Assembly (NCBI GenBank): GCA_017309115.1
Contig: JAFLEF010000037.1
Location: 4,350 to 68,349, forward strand
Reading direction: 5' to 3'
DNA from: Verrucomicrobiota bacterium
Lineage (GTDB): Bacteria; Verrucomicrobiota; Verrucomicrobiia; Limisphaerales; UBA9464
Length of the DNA: 64,000 bases
Positions 16,997 through 27,900 of this stretch are shown piece after piece. The translations under genes and the position numbers were made by a program. The notes under the pieces were generated by a model, which was not told where the DNA came from, did not search any database, and saw only the letters and a program-made list of their open reading frames with translations. How positions within the stretch are numbered: position 1 is the stretch's first letter; each line of letters opens with the position of its first letter.

Positions 16997-17710
16997 TTAG
17001 CGGCGTCGGGCGCGCACCACCAAGCCGGCCAGGCTCAGGAGCACGAGCGGAGCGGCGCCAGCCTCTGGAACCGCCGTGATCTGACCCCGAATCTCGCTGG
17101 TGGGAGTCAAGTTGGTATGAATGTCGAAATAGAGGGGAACTTCGTCGCCGGTTTTCGCGGCTGCCAGGATGGGGCCCCAATACTCCAAATTGCCCTGCTG
17201 AGTCTGGGGAACCGTTCCGCCCACCAGACCGTCGGACAAGTCCCACGTCCCATAAATGCGCACATGGGTAGGACTAAGAATATCGATCTCGATGTTGGGT
17301 TCGATACCGTTCTCGCGATCGGGAGCTCGCACCGAGTACGCCACCGGCCCGGTGGCTCCGGACGCTCCCGTGTGGATGTGGAAATTGCGGACATCATCGA
17401 AGAGACTAACCGTGGTCGCCGTGGCCGAAACGGCACCATCCAGCGGACTGGTCCCAGTGGTGACATGCGGGACCATGTAGGCCCCGAAGTCGTAGTTGTG
17501 GAAGTCGCCCACGTACGAGAACACCCATGTGCCTGGGCCTCCCGTTAAGGTGGCCTTGACAAATCCGGTGCCAGTAGCCGTCGGGGTAACGCCAACGATT
17601 TGGTCAGGAGTTAGGGTGGCGGTGAAGTGCGTCGCCGCATCAACGCAAGGGATGGTCGTCAGGAGCGCGGAAAGCGCGAGTAACGTGAGTGTAGGTGTTT
17701 TGTTCTGCAT
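16997..17710 (-). CDS. CHRD domain protein with PEP-CTERM anchor
   Basis: Signal peptide MQNKTPTLTLLALSALLTTIPCVDA. CHRD hallmarks NFHIHTGASGATGPV and YFDIHTNLTPTSEIRGQI. The C-terminus VPEAGAAPLVLLSLAGLVVRARRR is a PEP-CTERM variant. Confidence 0.8.
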   Translation of the reverse strand: MQNKTPTLTLLALSALLTTIPCVDAATHFTATLTPDQIVGVTPTATGTGFVKATLTGGPGTWVFSYVGDFHNYDFGAYMVPHVTTGTSPLDGAVSATATTVSLFDDVRNFHIHTGASGATGPVAYSVRAPDRENGIEPNIEIDILSPTHVRIYGTWDLSDGLVGGTVPQTQQGNLEYWGPILAAAKTGDEVPLYFDIHTNLTPTSEIRGQITAVPEAGAAPLVLLSLAGLVVRARRR

Positions 17711-17893
17711 GGAGACTAGGGGTGAGTGTGGGACTGTGTCGGGCAGCTCAGGACTACACCGACCGGACCGTTCCGCAACTATCGAGCCAGAGGCGAATCG
17801 AGTTCCTCCCCCGAACCAAAACGCCTCTCACTCCCGATCTTTGGACTCCCCATCGATGACTCGCTCACTAATGTGCGCCTTCCCTCCGGACGA

Positions 17894-19009
17894 TCACGGC
17901 CTCATCCAGTCGGCACGGCGCCGGAACTCTTCCTGAACTTCGGGTCGCCAGCGCCAGACAGTGCGGCCACCCGCCGGGTCATCAAACCAATGGTTCTTCG
18001 ACGAATCCGGTCGGACAAATCTCCCGCCCCAGCCGGGTTGATCCGGCTTCTCGGGATCATTCAAACCGCGTCGTGCGCTGATCAAATGCAGGAACGACGG
18101 AGTGTCCCCCTCGATCACACCAGGGGTCGCCGGATTGGCACCACTTTCGGGGTAGACCGCGCCCAAGGGACCGTGGCCGGTTCGAATGTTCGTGTTGATC
18201 CAGGCCAGATTCGCCAAGGACTGATCGGAGCCAGGAGAGTTCCAAAACATGCCCAAATAGTTCCGCTCGCTGAGAATCACAAAGAGCTGTGGAAACTCGT
18301 CCAGCAACCACTGCGCAGTCCCATCCTGACGGATGATCAGATAAATCCGAAGCTTCGCGAGGAACCGATCCAAGTCCGCGGCGTTGCGCGTGGCGCGAAC
18401 TTTCCAGATCGCCTGTGCCAAATCCGCGGGGCCACCCCAGACACAGAACCAAATCGGGCGCGAATCCGGTTCGTCGACCAGCCGGATGATCGCCTCCGAC
18501 GCCTCGCTATCCCGACCCTCTCCCAAGATCTCGGCCGCAGGCTTGCCCCAGGTGTGGTCCCGGCCTTGCCACGTTATTGAGCGAAGCTGCGACGCTGGCG
18601 GATATCGGAGATCCTGCCGGTGCAAAGCTTCATCGACTTGGTCATAAACGTTCAGCAGGTCGAGCAGGTTCTGCTTGCGGGCGACATTGGCCACGGTCGC
18701 CGCGGAAGCCACCAAGCCCTCGACTTCGAATTCATTGGCGTACAGAAGAAACCGCACCATCGACTGCAGGTCATCCGGGTCGCTGCGCTTGTCCGGGGGA
18801 CCAAATCCGGCACCTACCGGGACGACATCGAGCGGAGGGAAATCCGACAGAATCACCACCCGGATCGGAGGCAGGTTGGTCCTGACTTCCGCACTGGGTG
18901 ACAATGGAGGGGTCCCGGCGAGCACCCAGACACCTAAAGACATCCACCCAATGGCCCAACCCACCCAACGGGAGACCCCAACCCGACGGCTCGATTGATT
19001 CGTGCTCAC
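17894..19009 (-). CDS. DUF1593 (nucleoside-hydrolase-like, Sde182 N-terminal type) secreted protein
   Basis: IRVVILSDFPPLDVVP...SDPDDLQSMVRFLLYANEFEVEGLVASAAT is a DUF1593-like motif. GTGA overlap with the upstream paralog. Confidence 0.7.
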   Translation of the reverse strand: MSTNQSSRRVGVSRWVGWAIGWMSLGVWVLAGTPPLSPSAEVRTNLPPIRVVILSDFPPLDVVPVGAGFGPPDKRSDPDDLQSMVRFLLYANEFEVEGLVASAATVANVARKQNLLDLLNVYDQVDEALHRQDLRYPPASQLRSITWQGRDHTWGKPAAEILGEGRDSEASEAIIRLVDEPDSRPIWFCVWGGPADLAQAIWKVRATRNAADLDRFLAKLRIYLIIRQDGTAQWLLDEFPQLFVILSERNYLGMFWNSPGSDQSLANLAWINTNIRTGHGPLGAVYPESGANPATPGVIEGDTPSFLHLISARRGLNDPEKPDQPGWGGRFVRPDSSKNHWFDDPAGGRTVWRWRPEVQEEFRRRADWMRP

Positions 19010-20502
19010 GGCTTTGTCCCGCGATGGATCGCCTCCGGAGCGGCCTCAGGGTTTATTGGCTTCACAAGAATCCGCCGATATGACGTCAGATTCGGGGTCC
19101 CGTTGTCCGTGACCTCGCAAATGACGTGGAATTGTTGGCCGCCGGAATCAGCCGGCACCAGCAACGTGAGTCGACTGGTATTGGTGTTCGCTAGAGCGAT
19201 TTCCCGGGGGTACGTCCCGGCCTCTGGGAGAATCCACCAAGAATACCGCAGCGAGTCACCTTCGAGATCCCGGGAGCCGGACGCGTCGAGAGTGAGGGTG
19301 GTGCCGGGCCCGGGCGTGAGTCGAAGGACGTCCAGGCTAAGATCTTCTCCCACGGCCACAATCGGCTCGCGGTTCCCGACCCCATCCCGAGCCCAGTTCA
19401 TGCGGGCGACAAACTGTTGGAATGTTGCCGGATAAAAATGGGTGAAAAGCCGGTGGGAAATCTCATGGCCTCGAAGCCCCTTCTGATTGCAGTAAGCGGA
19501 CGTTTGACCATCCGGACCAACGGCCCACTCGTAGAACCCGCCCCAACCTCCCTGTCCGGGTTGCTGCGGATCGTTCAAACCAATCGGCAAGACGTACCAA
19601 AAAGACGGCGTGTCCCCCTCCACTCCATACCGATACTTGGGATACATCCGGCCCAGATGGCCCCGATTCTGAATAAGCTTCTCGTACTCCGCCCAGTTCC
19701 GCTTGCCGGTTCCGTTCTGGAACATCCAGGTCCCCTCATCCCAAATGAACAACAGATCCTGACTGAACTCCCGGCGCATCCACTGGTGCGAACTGCTGTC
19801 GAAGGGCGTTCCCGCTTGGTAGCCCCGATCCTGATCCGTGATTGCGTAGAAGCGCACCCGTTTGAGAAAGGACTTGAGTTGGTCCGGGCTCCGATCCTTC
19901 CGCACGCGCCAGATGGCCTGCGCCAAAGTGTTTCCGCCGCCCCAACCCAGAACCCAAACGGGACGGGCATCAGCTTCATCGGCACAACGAATGATCAAGT
20001 CGCTGCCCGGAGAATCATTGTTCGCACCTACGAACCGCTGCCCCCGGGTCCGACTGCCCAGCACGGTACGCGACCGCAGATATTCGGCGCTCGGCCAGTA
20101 GCCCACGGACTGTTGCGACTCATCGGTCTGATGACCGGCCTGCCGTGATCGTTGGCGCAGATTCGGCAAATCCTTCGCGTAAGCGTCTATCAAAGCGTGA
20201 AGCAAATCCGGCCGCTCCTGCCCCCCGTCATTACTCCATCCGGTCGTGGCCACGAGACCTTCGATCTCCACGAGATCCACCAGGACAAGTAGCCGAATCA
20301 TCGATTCGGTATCGTCGGGTTCGATGTGATTCGGGGAGATATCCGTCAGGACAATGACCCTCGGCTTAAGGGGACCATCCGCTCCGACGGGAGGCGGCAT
20401 GCTGAGCAACAGCATGACCAACCCGAGCAGGCTAATAACCCGGCCTCTGGGGACTCCGGCCTGGCGAGTTCGCTCTGCCGGATGGCTCAGCGTGTGGTTC
20501 AC
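19006..20502 (-). CDS. DUF1593 (nucleoside-hydrolase-like) protein with a C-terminal Ig-like Sde182-C-type domain
   Basis: PRVIVLTDISPNHIEPDDTESMIRLLVLVDLVEIEGLVATTGW. The C-terminal segment LTLDASGSRDLEGDSLRYSWWILPEAG...VICEVTDNGTPNLTSYRRILV is PKD/Ig-like. Confidence 0.75.
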   Translation of the reverse strand: MNHTLSHPAERTRQAGVPRGRVISLLGLVMLLLSMPPPVGADGPLKPRVIVLTDISPNHIEPDDTESMIRLLVLVDLVEIEGLVATTGWSNDGGQERPDLLHALIDAYAKDLPNLRQRSRQAGHQTDESQQSVGYWPSAEYLRSRTVLGSRTRGQRFVGANNDSPGSDLIIRCADEADARPVWVLGWGGGNTLAQAIWRVRKDRSPDQLKSFLKRVRFYAITDQDRGYQAGTPFDSSSHQWMRREFSQDLLFIWDEGTWMFQNGTGKRNWAEYEKLIQNRGHLGRMYPKYRYGVEGDTPSFWYVLPIGLNDPQQPGQGGWGGFYEWAVGPDGQTSAYCNQKGLRGHEISHRLFTHFYPATFQQFVARMNWARDGVGNREPIVAVGEDLSLDVLRLTPGPGTTLTLDASGSRDLEGDSLRYSWWILPEAGTYPREIALANTNTSRLTLLVPADSGGQQFHVICEVTDNGTPNLTSYRRILVKPINPEAAPEAIHRGTKP

Positions 20503-20576
20503 CGGCCCAATCTGCCGATCAAGCCCTCCCGATTCATCCTTGTTGCTCCACGTCCTTCTCCTGAATCCTAAGGTGT

Positions 20577-21437
20577 ATGCGTCTCCACACGTTCAATCAT
20601 GCTCGCCCGGATCTGACCCCATATGGGTTCACCTGCGAACTGTGGAAGGGCGCCCTGATGCGTCGTCCCGATCGGCATAATGAAATCGAACTTAATCTGA
20701 TGTTGCGCGGCTCGCTGACCTATCTCATCGGCGGGCAGCGGGTGACCCTACAGGAAACCGGCCTGGGGGCCTTCTGGGCAGCGCTGCCCCACCAAATCAT
20801 CGGGGCCAGGGACGAGCCCCAATACTACGTCGTAACGCTGCCACTCGCCTGGTTTCTTCAATGCCAGCTTCCGGCGAAGCTGGTGGATCGCTTGCTGGCC
20901 GGAGAGTTTCTCACCGAAACCACCCGCTCTTCGGAGGGATTCGACAACGCCCTTTTCGATCAGTGGGAAAGAGATCTCTCCGTCGGTGCGGAAAACCCAC
21001 CCACGGCTGTCTTGCTGGAACTCCAAGCTCGAATGCTTCGGTTCGCCTCGACCTTGCCGGAAATGCCGGTGCGAGGTGCCTGGCCAAGGATCCGTACCGG
21101 CAGTTCGAACGCCACCAAGGCCGAACTCATGGCAAGCTACATCGCCCGACATTTTCAGGAACCACTGTCCGTCCAAGACGTCGCCAGTCACGTCGGTCTC
21201 CATCCCAACTACGCCATGACTCTCTTCAAGAAAACCTTTCGAACCACCCTGAACGACTATGTGACGCATTACCGACTGGCTCAGGCCCAGCGCCTCCTCG
21301 CCACCACCCAAGACAAAATTCTGGAGATTGCCTATGCCTCGGGATTCCGAACTTCCAGCCGGTTCTACGACGCTTTTCAGCGGGCGTGTGGCTGTTCCCC
21401 CAACCACTACCGACGTCAACATGGAGCGACGACCTAA
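20577..21437 (+). CDS. AraC family transcriptional regulator (cupin-type sensor + HTH)
   Basis: The C-terminal segment SVQDVASHVGLHPNYAMTLFKKTFRTTLNDYVTHYRLAQAQRLLATTQDKILEIAYASGFRTSSRFYDAFQRACGCSPNHYRRQH is a canonical AraC double HTH. It is divergent from the DUF1593 pair, with a 74-bp spacer. Confidence 0.9.
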   Translation: MRLHTFNHARPDLTPYGFTCELWKGALMRRPDRHNEIELNLMLRGSLTYLIGGQRVTLQETGLGAFWAALPHQIIGARDEPQYYVVTLPLAWFLQCQLPAKLVDRLLAGEFLTETTRSSEGFDNALFDQWERDLSVGAENPPTAVLLELQARMLRFASTLPEMPVRGAWPRIRTGSSNATKAELMASYIARHFQEPLSVQDVASHVGLHPNYAMTLFKKTFRTTLNDYVTHYRLAQAQRLLATTQDKILEIAYASGFRTSSRFYDAFQRACGCSPNHYRRQHGATT

Positions 21438-21453
21438 TCACTTCAGTTCCTTC

Positions 21454-21488
21454 AAAAAAAGGCGGGACGGCCTTGAGCTCGTCCCGCC
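21454..21488 (-). terminator. Rho-independent terminator between convergent genes
   Basis: Stem ggcgggacg (21461..21469) pairs with cgtcccgcc (21480..21488). The A7 run 21454..21460 gives a U-tail on the minus strand, so it serves the 955-aa gene. It may also stop the araC transcript. Confidence 0.7.
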
Positions 21489-21510
21489 CGAATTCGTCTC
21501 GTTCTTCAGA

Positions 21511-24378
21511 TCAGGGTTGGGTCAGTCGGAAGTAGGCGGGACCGGCACCCACCGGCAGGGTCACTGTCTTCTGCCCGCCTTGTTCCACTGGGGTTCCGCC
21601 GGCTGCACTCCAGGTGCCACCCAAGGAACCCGCCGTCTCCAACGTCGCCGCTGCGGCCGAGGCCGGCCAGGACAGGGAAACGTTGGATCCACTCAGCGAA
21701 ATGGCCAGGGGCGGCGGAGCGACGGGTGCCAGGTGGGACGAGGTGATCTGCAGGGCTGCCAGAGACGTCGCCGAACCATTGTTAAAGGCCACCAGGAACT
21801 GGCCCGCCGCCGGCGAGTAGTGGATGACATGATCGTTCGGACCGGTCCCGATCGGCGTGCCCGTGTCCGTCAGGAACAAGGCCGTTCCCAGCTGACTCGG
21901 CAGCGGTCGTCCGTCTGGCCCCAGCAGCGTGACCACATAAGCATTGGGCAGGCCCACGGCACTGCCGAAGGCCTGATGTCCCAGGGCAATCACGCCGCTG
22001 ACCGGATCAGCGGCGAATTGCGGATGCTGATGGTTGAACGGGTTGCCGGAGGTACCGGCCAAGTACGGAATCTCCGGACGAATGGACGTGAACGAGTACG
22101 CGGGAGCCGGACCGATATTGAAGTAGGAAAGATCGCCGATGGCCGTCCCGTTGCCGCCATCGTACGCCGTCAGCAACTCGCCGTTGAAGGGATTCAGGAA
22201 CGACGCCGGATGACCTTCCGGAACCGGCGTCCCGTCGCTCAATACCTGCTCGACCGTGGACCGCAGTTTACCATCCGCTCCCGGAGTGGTCTGGACTACA
22301 GCCCCCACAATCCGATTGCTCAGAACCCCGTCCGATCCGTTCGAGTTATCGGTGTTCGTGACGTAGAAGAACACATCCCGACCCGGCAGATAAATGACGT
22401 CCGGATCATCCTCGTCCCCGACGCTCTGCAATCGGTCGAGCCGGGTGAATTCCGGTGTCAGGAGAGTCCCGCTCTTGTCGAAAAGCACACCCACCGCGCC
22501 TTCGCCTTCGCCGGTGAAGCTGTACTCCGCCGCCAGCAGGATGTTGCCGTTGACCGTACTGACCGCTACCGCGAGGTCATCAAAGTTCGAAGTTGTCTCC
22601 GGCATGAACGCCGCTGTCCGCGCCACCGGCGAACCGGTGCCCGCCGTCGCCAGCGGATTCACCAACGCGATTCGCGGGACGTGATTTCCCGTCGGGCTCG
22701 ACGCCCGGGCATTGGCCACCACCACGTATTGCCGGGTCACCGGGTTGAACTCGACATCCACCTTCGAGAAGGCGCCGGCGGAGTTCCCGAAAATGCTGAA
22801 GGGCTCACTGGTGGGAGTCAGCGTCCTCGGGTCATAGAACCGACCCACGACGGCGGCCGTGGCCGGTTGCGAAGTGAGTTCGTCTGTCGCGGCAATTACA
22901 TTGGCCGTGTCGATGGTCACCACCAGCACCTCGGGCTCCGTGGAGTGAACGCCTAACCCGGCATCACGGGACAATACGCCTTCGCCATTGACCACGACGG
23001 GCGCCACGTCGCGCAACCGCGGCCCGGCCGGGGGTGCGAGCGGATTCGTAAAATCCACCCAGGCCACGTAGAAATTGGCGTCCGTCAGATCCGCGGTGGT
23101 GTCTCCAGTCGTCTTGCGCGACTGGATCACGAACTTCCCGTTCACGAACTCGTACGAGAGGAACGCCCGGGAGGCCAGTGGCACTGACGTTCCCGCCTCC
23201 AGATCGGCCACTTGAAGCAGCAGCATTCCATCGGCGCCCGTCTTGCCCGGCAGCGTCAGTTCATAAACCCCCGTGCCGGTTCGGACCACGGCGAAGTCGC
23301 CCACGGCCTTTCGCTTGGCACCCGAACTTCCCACAATGTGGCCACCCACGAGGCGCTGGGAATCAAAGGGCACATAGACAAATTGGAACTCCGATTGTCC
23401 TTCCGGAACGAGTGTCTCGGCGTCCGTGGCCGCGTCTTCGCGAATAGTAACCAGCCAACCGGAACCATCTTCTTTCGGCGCGACCCCCACCACATTCACA
23501 TCGCTTCCGCCATCAGAAGAAGAGGCGAAGATCATTCCGTCCTCCAGGGCATTGACTCCGGGCAGCGTCAATTCAGCCCGACCTCCGAAGGTTCCCGAAC
23601 CCTCCGGAAATCCCGGCCAACGGACCAGTCCGGCGGTGAGTCCGCTGGCATGCGCCTCCGGCGACGACCACCGACTGGTGCCGTCGGGGATCACGCCGTT
23701 GGGATCTCCCACGATCGGTGCTCCCACATCGCCCCCCAGCCAGCCCTGATCAAACGGAAACCAAGCCGTGGAGAAGGCAAAGTTGGCCTCCGGACTGGAC
23801 GCATGTGTCCCGGCCCGACCGGTGTTGATGTCCAGATCGCCATTGGCGAAGGAGCCGTCGTTCATGCTGTAGGACGGCCCGGAAGACGCCCAGGAGACCG
23901 CCACCGTGGGAAAGAGCGGTCCTTCGCCATCGCCCCAATCCACCGGTCCGTTTTGGCGTGCCGTGGGAATCACCACGCCGAAATTGCGGCTCGGCCGCCA
24001 AGCCTGACTGGCCGGAAGTGACACCGCACCGTCGCCAAACTCGATAAACCCCTGATTCAAGTTCCCCAACGCCGCCACTGGGTCTCCCGGCGAGAGTCGC
24101 AAGGCAAAGTCCCCGCGATTGTATCGATTCACAGTCCAACGAATCGGACCCTGACCGTCCAGGCCCGTGACCTCGACACTGCTGTTGAACGTGGTGCTCC
24201 CCTTCGCCAACACATTAACCCCGGTCACCGAGGTGTTGGGGAACGCTCCCGGCAAACCGCCGCCCTCGGGAACTGTGGGAGTCGGGCCGGCCGGCGCGCC
24301 CTGAAGCACTCCGGCCGCCAAAGCCACGCTGGTGGAGAGGGGAACTCTGAGAAGGCTGTGAATGGATTTACTCTTCAT
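21511..24378 (-). CDS. Large secreted hypothetical protein (955 aa) with a C-terminal FRL-type module
   Basis: Signal peptide MKSKSIHSLLRVPLSTSVALAAGVLQG. The composition is G/T/S/V-rich and beta-like. No family recognised. The protein ends GAGPAYFRLTQP. Confidence 0.7.
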   Translation of the reverse strand: MKSKSIHSLLRVPLSTSVALAAGVLQGAPAGPTPTVPEGGGLPGAFPNTSVTGVNVLAKGSTTFNSSVEVTGLDGQGPIRWTVNRYNRGDFALRLSPGDPVAALGNLNQGFIEFGDGAVSLPASQAWRPSRNFGVVIPTARQNGPVDWGDGEGPLFPTVAVSWASSGPSYSMNDGSFANGDLDINTGRAGTHASSPEANFAFSTAWFPFDQGWLGGDVGAPIVGDPNGVIPDGTSRWSSPEAHASGLTAGLVRWPGFPEGSGTFGGRAELTLPGVNALEDGMIFASSSDGGSDVNVVGVAPKEDGSGWLVTIREDAATDAETLVPEGQSEFQFVYVPFDSQRLVGGHIVGSSGAKRKAVGDFAVVRTGTGVYELTLPGKTGADGMLLLQVADLEAGTSVPLASRAFLSYEFVNGKFVIQSRKTTGDTTADLTDANFYVAWVDFTNPLAPPAGPRLRDVAPVVVNGEGVLSRDAGLGVHSTEPEVLVVTIDTANVIAATDELTSQPATAAVVGRFYDPRTLTPTSEPFSIFGNSAGAFSKVDVEFNPVTRQYVVVANARASSPTGNHVPRIALVNPLATAGTGSPVARTAAFMPETTSNFDDLAVAVSTVNGNILLAAEYSFTGEGEGAVGVLFDKSGTLLTPEFTRLDRLQSVGDEDDPDVIYLPGRDVFFYVTNTDNSNGSDGVLSNRIVGAVVQTTPGADGKLRSTVEQVLSDGTPVPEGHPASFLNPFNGELLTAYDGGNGTAIGDLSYFNIGPAPAYSFTSIRPEIPYLAGTSGNPFNHQHPQFAADPVSGVIALGHQAFGSAVGLPNAYVVTLLGPDGRPLPSQLGTALFLTDTGTPIGTGPNDHVIHYSPAAGQFLVAFNNGSATSLAALQITSSHLAPVAPPPLAISLSGSNVSLSWPASAAAATLETAGSLGGTWSAAGGTPVEQGGQKTVTLPVGAGPAYFRLTQP

Positions 24379-24483
24379 AGGTTAGGAAATTGGACACGTC
24401 TCCAATCAGTCGGCCAATCCCCCGCCACTGGCGAGTCTTCTTCCATGAACTCGCGGTTACGGTCCGCTGACGATTTCGCTCAG

Positions 24484-24632
24484 CCCACAAACCAGTTGAG
24501 AGTTGAAAGTTAAGAGGAGCGAAAACCGGTGAACCGGATCTGCCTTGTGTCCACAAACCCATCGGCATTTCTAACGTGCTGGAATTCAGGTTTTCTCTCT
24601 CAACTCTCAACTGGTTTGTGGGTAGTTGAGAG
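24484..24632 (-). repeat. MITE-like heptamer-armed element (copy 3, inverted, with both terminal inverted repeats)
   Basis: The core is the reverse complement of copies 1 and 2. The ends cccacaaaccagttgagag (24484..) and ctctcaactggtttgtggg (..24622) form a perfect 19-bp terminal inverted repeat. Confidence 0.8.
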
Positions 24633-24651
24633 ATACGCAATGGAATCGAGG

Positions 24652-24725
24652 ACGTTAGAGGTGCCGAAGAGTTTGTGGACGCAATGCGCACCGGTTCCCT
24701 GGTTTTGGTTGCTTTCAACCTCACC
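24652..24725 (+). repeat. Degenerate core of the MITE-like element (copy 4)
   Basis: acgttagaggtgccgaagagtttgtggacgcaatgcgcaccggttccctggttttggttgctttcaacc aligns with the conserved core, with many substitutions. It is head-to-head with copy 3. Confidence 0.6.
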
Positions 24726-24736
24726 TCTCCTCCCCG

Positions 24737-24816
24737 GTGGGGCGACGCTCCGCGGAGCCGTGCGTTGGTGGACTCCCACACGTCACCGCCGAGACGCGAA
24801 CGGCTCGGTGGAACCA
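24737..24816 (-). repeat. REP-like palindromic element (inverted, degenerate ends)
   Basis: ggtggggcgacgctccgcggagccgtgcg...gagacgcgaacggctcggtggaacc matches the reverse complement of 10715..10807. Confidence 0.7.
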
Positions 24817-24971
24817 ATTCCCGCTTCCGACCTCTCTACCACTGGTTCCTGGAGAGACATCTCCGCGAAACCAGTCCGGCACCGAAACTTCACCGTGGCG
24901 CGTTTGTCATCAGGTCGAACTCAGGATACCGAAGCTGCGCACTTTCGAACCGTCGTCTGCCAACTCTCCTC

Positions 24972-27900
24972 ATGCGCTCTGTCTTGACCTGTTTGCTGGC
25001 TCTAGGAGCCGGATACCCTCTCCATTCCGCGACGCAATTCCTCCATGGAATTGCCTCCGGCGATCCCGCTCCGGATTCGGTCGTCCTGTGGACGCGAGCG
25101 ACGCCCGACGCCGCCGGTCCAGTGACGCTAACCTGGCAGATCTCCACGACTCCTGAATTCACCACCACCCTGCAATCGGGAACCTTTCAGACTGATGCGA
25201 ACCGGGATTACACGGTCAAGGTCATCCCCACCGGACTCCAGGCCGGGACAACATATTATTACCGCTTCCTCGCAGACAACGGAGCGGCCGCCTCGGAAAC
25301 GGGCCGCACCAAGACGCTTCCGACGGGTGAGGTCGGCCAGGTGCGGCTCGCGGTGTTCAGTTGCGCCAATATCACCGCCGATCCGTTTGATGCGTATGCG
25401 AAGGCAGCCCGAATCGGGGACTACGATGCCCTCGTTCACACCGGCGACTACATTTACGAATACGGCTTGGGTGGCTATCCGGAGGCGGAAGGACTGGCCG
25501 AAGCCGTCGGCTTCGAACCCGACCGCGAGTGTATCACCCTCGAGGACTATCGCCTGCGCTACGCCCAATATCATCGGGCGCCGAAACTCCAGGCCGCCCG
25601 CGCTTCCGCGCCATTCATTGTGATCTGGGACGATCACGAAACCGCCAATGACGCCTACGCCGGCGGAGCGCAGAACCATTCGCCCGCCATCGAAGGTTCC
25701 TGGACCAACCGGGTGAGCGCAGCACTCCAAGCCTACTACGAATGGCAGCCTATTCGGGAACCCGCGAGCGGCGACCGACGGCAGGCTTACCGCTCTTTTG
25801 ACTTCGGCAATCTGGTTTCGCTGCACATGCTCGAAACGCGGTTGAACGCCCGGGATCTTCAGCTCGATCTCGCCCCGACCCAGACCCAGGCCGTCACACG
25901 CATCGGAGCCATTCTCGCCGATCCCACCCTGGTGGCGCAGTACGCCACCACCTACGGACTGTCGCCGCCCACAGGCCCCGGCGACACGGCTGGTATCACC
26001 GCGTTCAGCACCGCACTCGGTCCAATCGTGACGGCGGAGTTTGTCACCCAGAATGTGACCCAGATGTACACTGGTGATCGCAAGCTGCTGGGTGCGGAGC
26101 AACTCCAGTGGCTGCAGGGGCAACTGGCTGGATCCGGCGCCACCTGGCAGGTCCTGGGGCAACAAGTGCTCATGGGCAACATGACCATGCCCGCTGAACT
26201 CCTGATCGAACTGGCCAGCGGATCGGTCTCCCCGGCTACCATCGTCAAGTATCTCACGCCCGTGACGAAGCGCGCCAACGGGCTCCCTCTAACCCCGGCT
26301 GAGCAGGCCGTCCTCGCGAACGCGAATCCCCTGCCCTACAACTCCGACGCGTGGGATGGGTACGGTCGGGAACGCGAAACCGTCCTCCAGACCGCTGCCA
26401 GCCTGGGCAAGAAGCTGGTGGTCTTCGCGGGCGATACCCACAACGCCTGGTCCAGCACCCTGCGAACCTTCAGTGCCGGACCGGGAGTTCCCGCCGGTAC
26501 GGTGGCTGGCATCGAGTTCGCCGCCCCGGGCGTGTCCTCTCCGGGCATCGAACGTTACTTCCCGGGTCAGCAAGGAATTCTCCGCGACTTGTTTCTTGGC
26601 TACAGCCCGAATCTGAAGTTCGCCAACCTGGCCAACCGCGGCTTTCTGGATGTGACCTTCAAGCCTGACGGCGTGACCGCGAAGTTCTACCTGCGGGAAC
26701 GTTCTGCTGACCGCCGCCAGTGGCTGGTTGAAACCCTTTCTGGTCCTACGCCTTCGTCGATTTCCCAGAGCGCACCCACCTCCGAGAACGACAACTATCG
26801 GCTTCAGATCCTTCACGCCTCGGACATGGAAGCCGACGTTGTCACGCTCGAGACCGCACCTCGCTTTGCCGCCCTGGTAGATCGACTCGAAGACAATTCC
26901 GCCGTCGACGCCTCCATCACCCTGGCTGCCGGAGACATCGTCATTCCGGGCGCGTTCCTCTCCGCTGGCAATGATCCCTCCACCGTCGCCCCGCTGAAGA
27001 CCGTGCTCGGACTGGTGTTTAACTTTGACGCTTCCGGCGCCGCCACGGATCTGCGCGAAAGCGCCGGACGTCCCGACATCGCGATCCTGAACGCCATCGG
27101 CTTCGACGCCGCTTCAATCGGCAATCACGAGTTCGACCTCGGGCCGACCGAATTCGCCTCCATGATTCTCCCGGATGTCCGGTCCGGTGGATTGCCCCGC
27201 TTGCGCAACTACGGCGCCGCCTTCCCGCTCCTGAGCGCGAACCTCGACTTCAGCGGTGTTCCAACGGGCGAATCCGCGCTGGCTGCCCGCTCCACGCAAC
27301 AGATTCTTCCGGCCAGTCGCTTTGGAGCCAATCCCTCCACCGACGCCAGCTACGTCAGCACGGCGGCGGCGGACATCGCCCAGCATCCCAAACTCGCCAC
27401 CGCCACGATCATCGAACGTGGCACTGAGAAGATCGGAGTCCTCGGCGTGACGCCGCCAGACCTCGCCAACATTTCTTCACCCGGGTCCGTGCGGGTGACC
27501 GGTCCGCAGGGATCCACTGCCACCAGTCCGCGTACTTACGACATCGCCGCCCTGGCCGCCCATCTGCAACCCGTGATCGACGCGCTGCGCACCAACGGCT
27601 GCACCAAGATCGTGCTGTCGTCGCAACTGCAGCAGATCGACAATGAGAAGGCGCTCGCCCAAAGCTTGGACGGCGTGGATGTCATCGTCGCCGGCGGATC
27701 CGGAACCATCTACGTCAATGATCCCGCCAATCTTCTCCCCGGCGACACCGCCGCTGGCCGTTATCCATTCCTCACCACCGACAAGCTGGGCCGGACCGTG
27801 GCCGTGGTCAGCACCGAAGGCCAATATCAGTACCTCGGTCAACTGGTCGTAGACTTCGACAACGAAGGAAACGTACTGGGAGTTTCTGGCGATACGCTAC

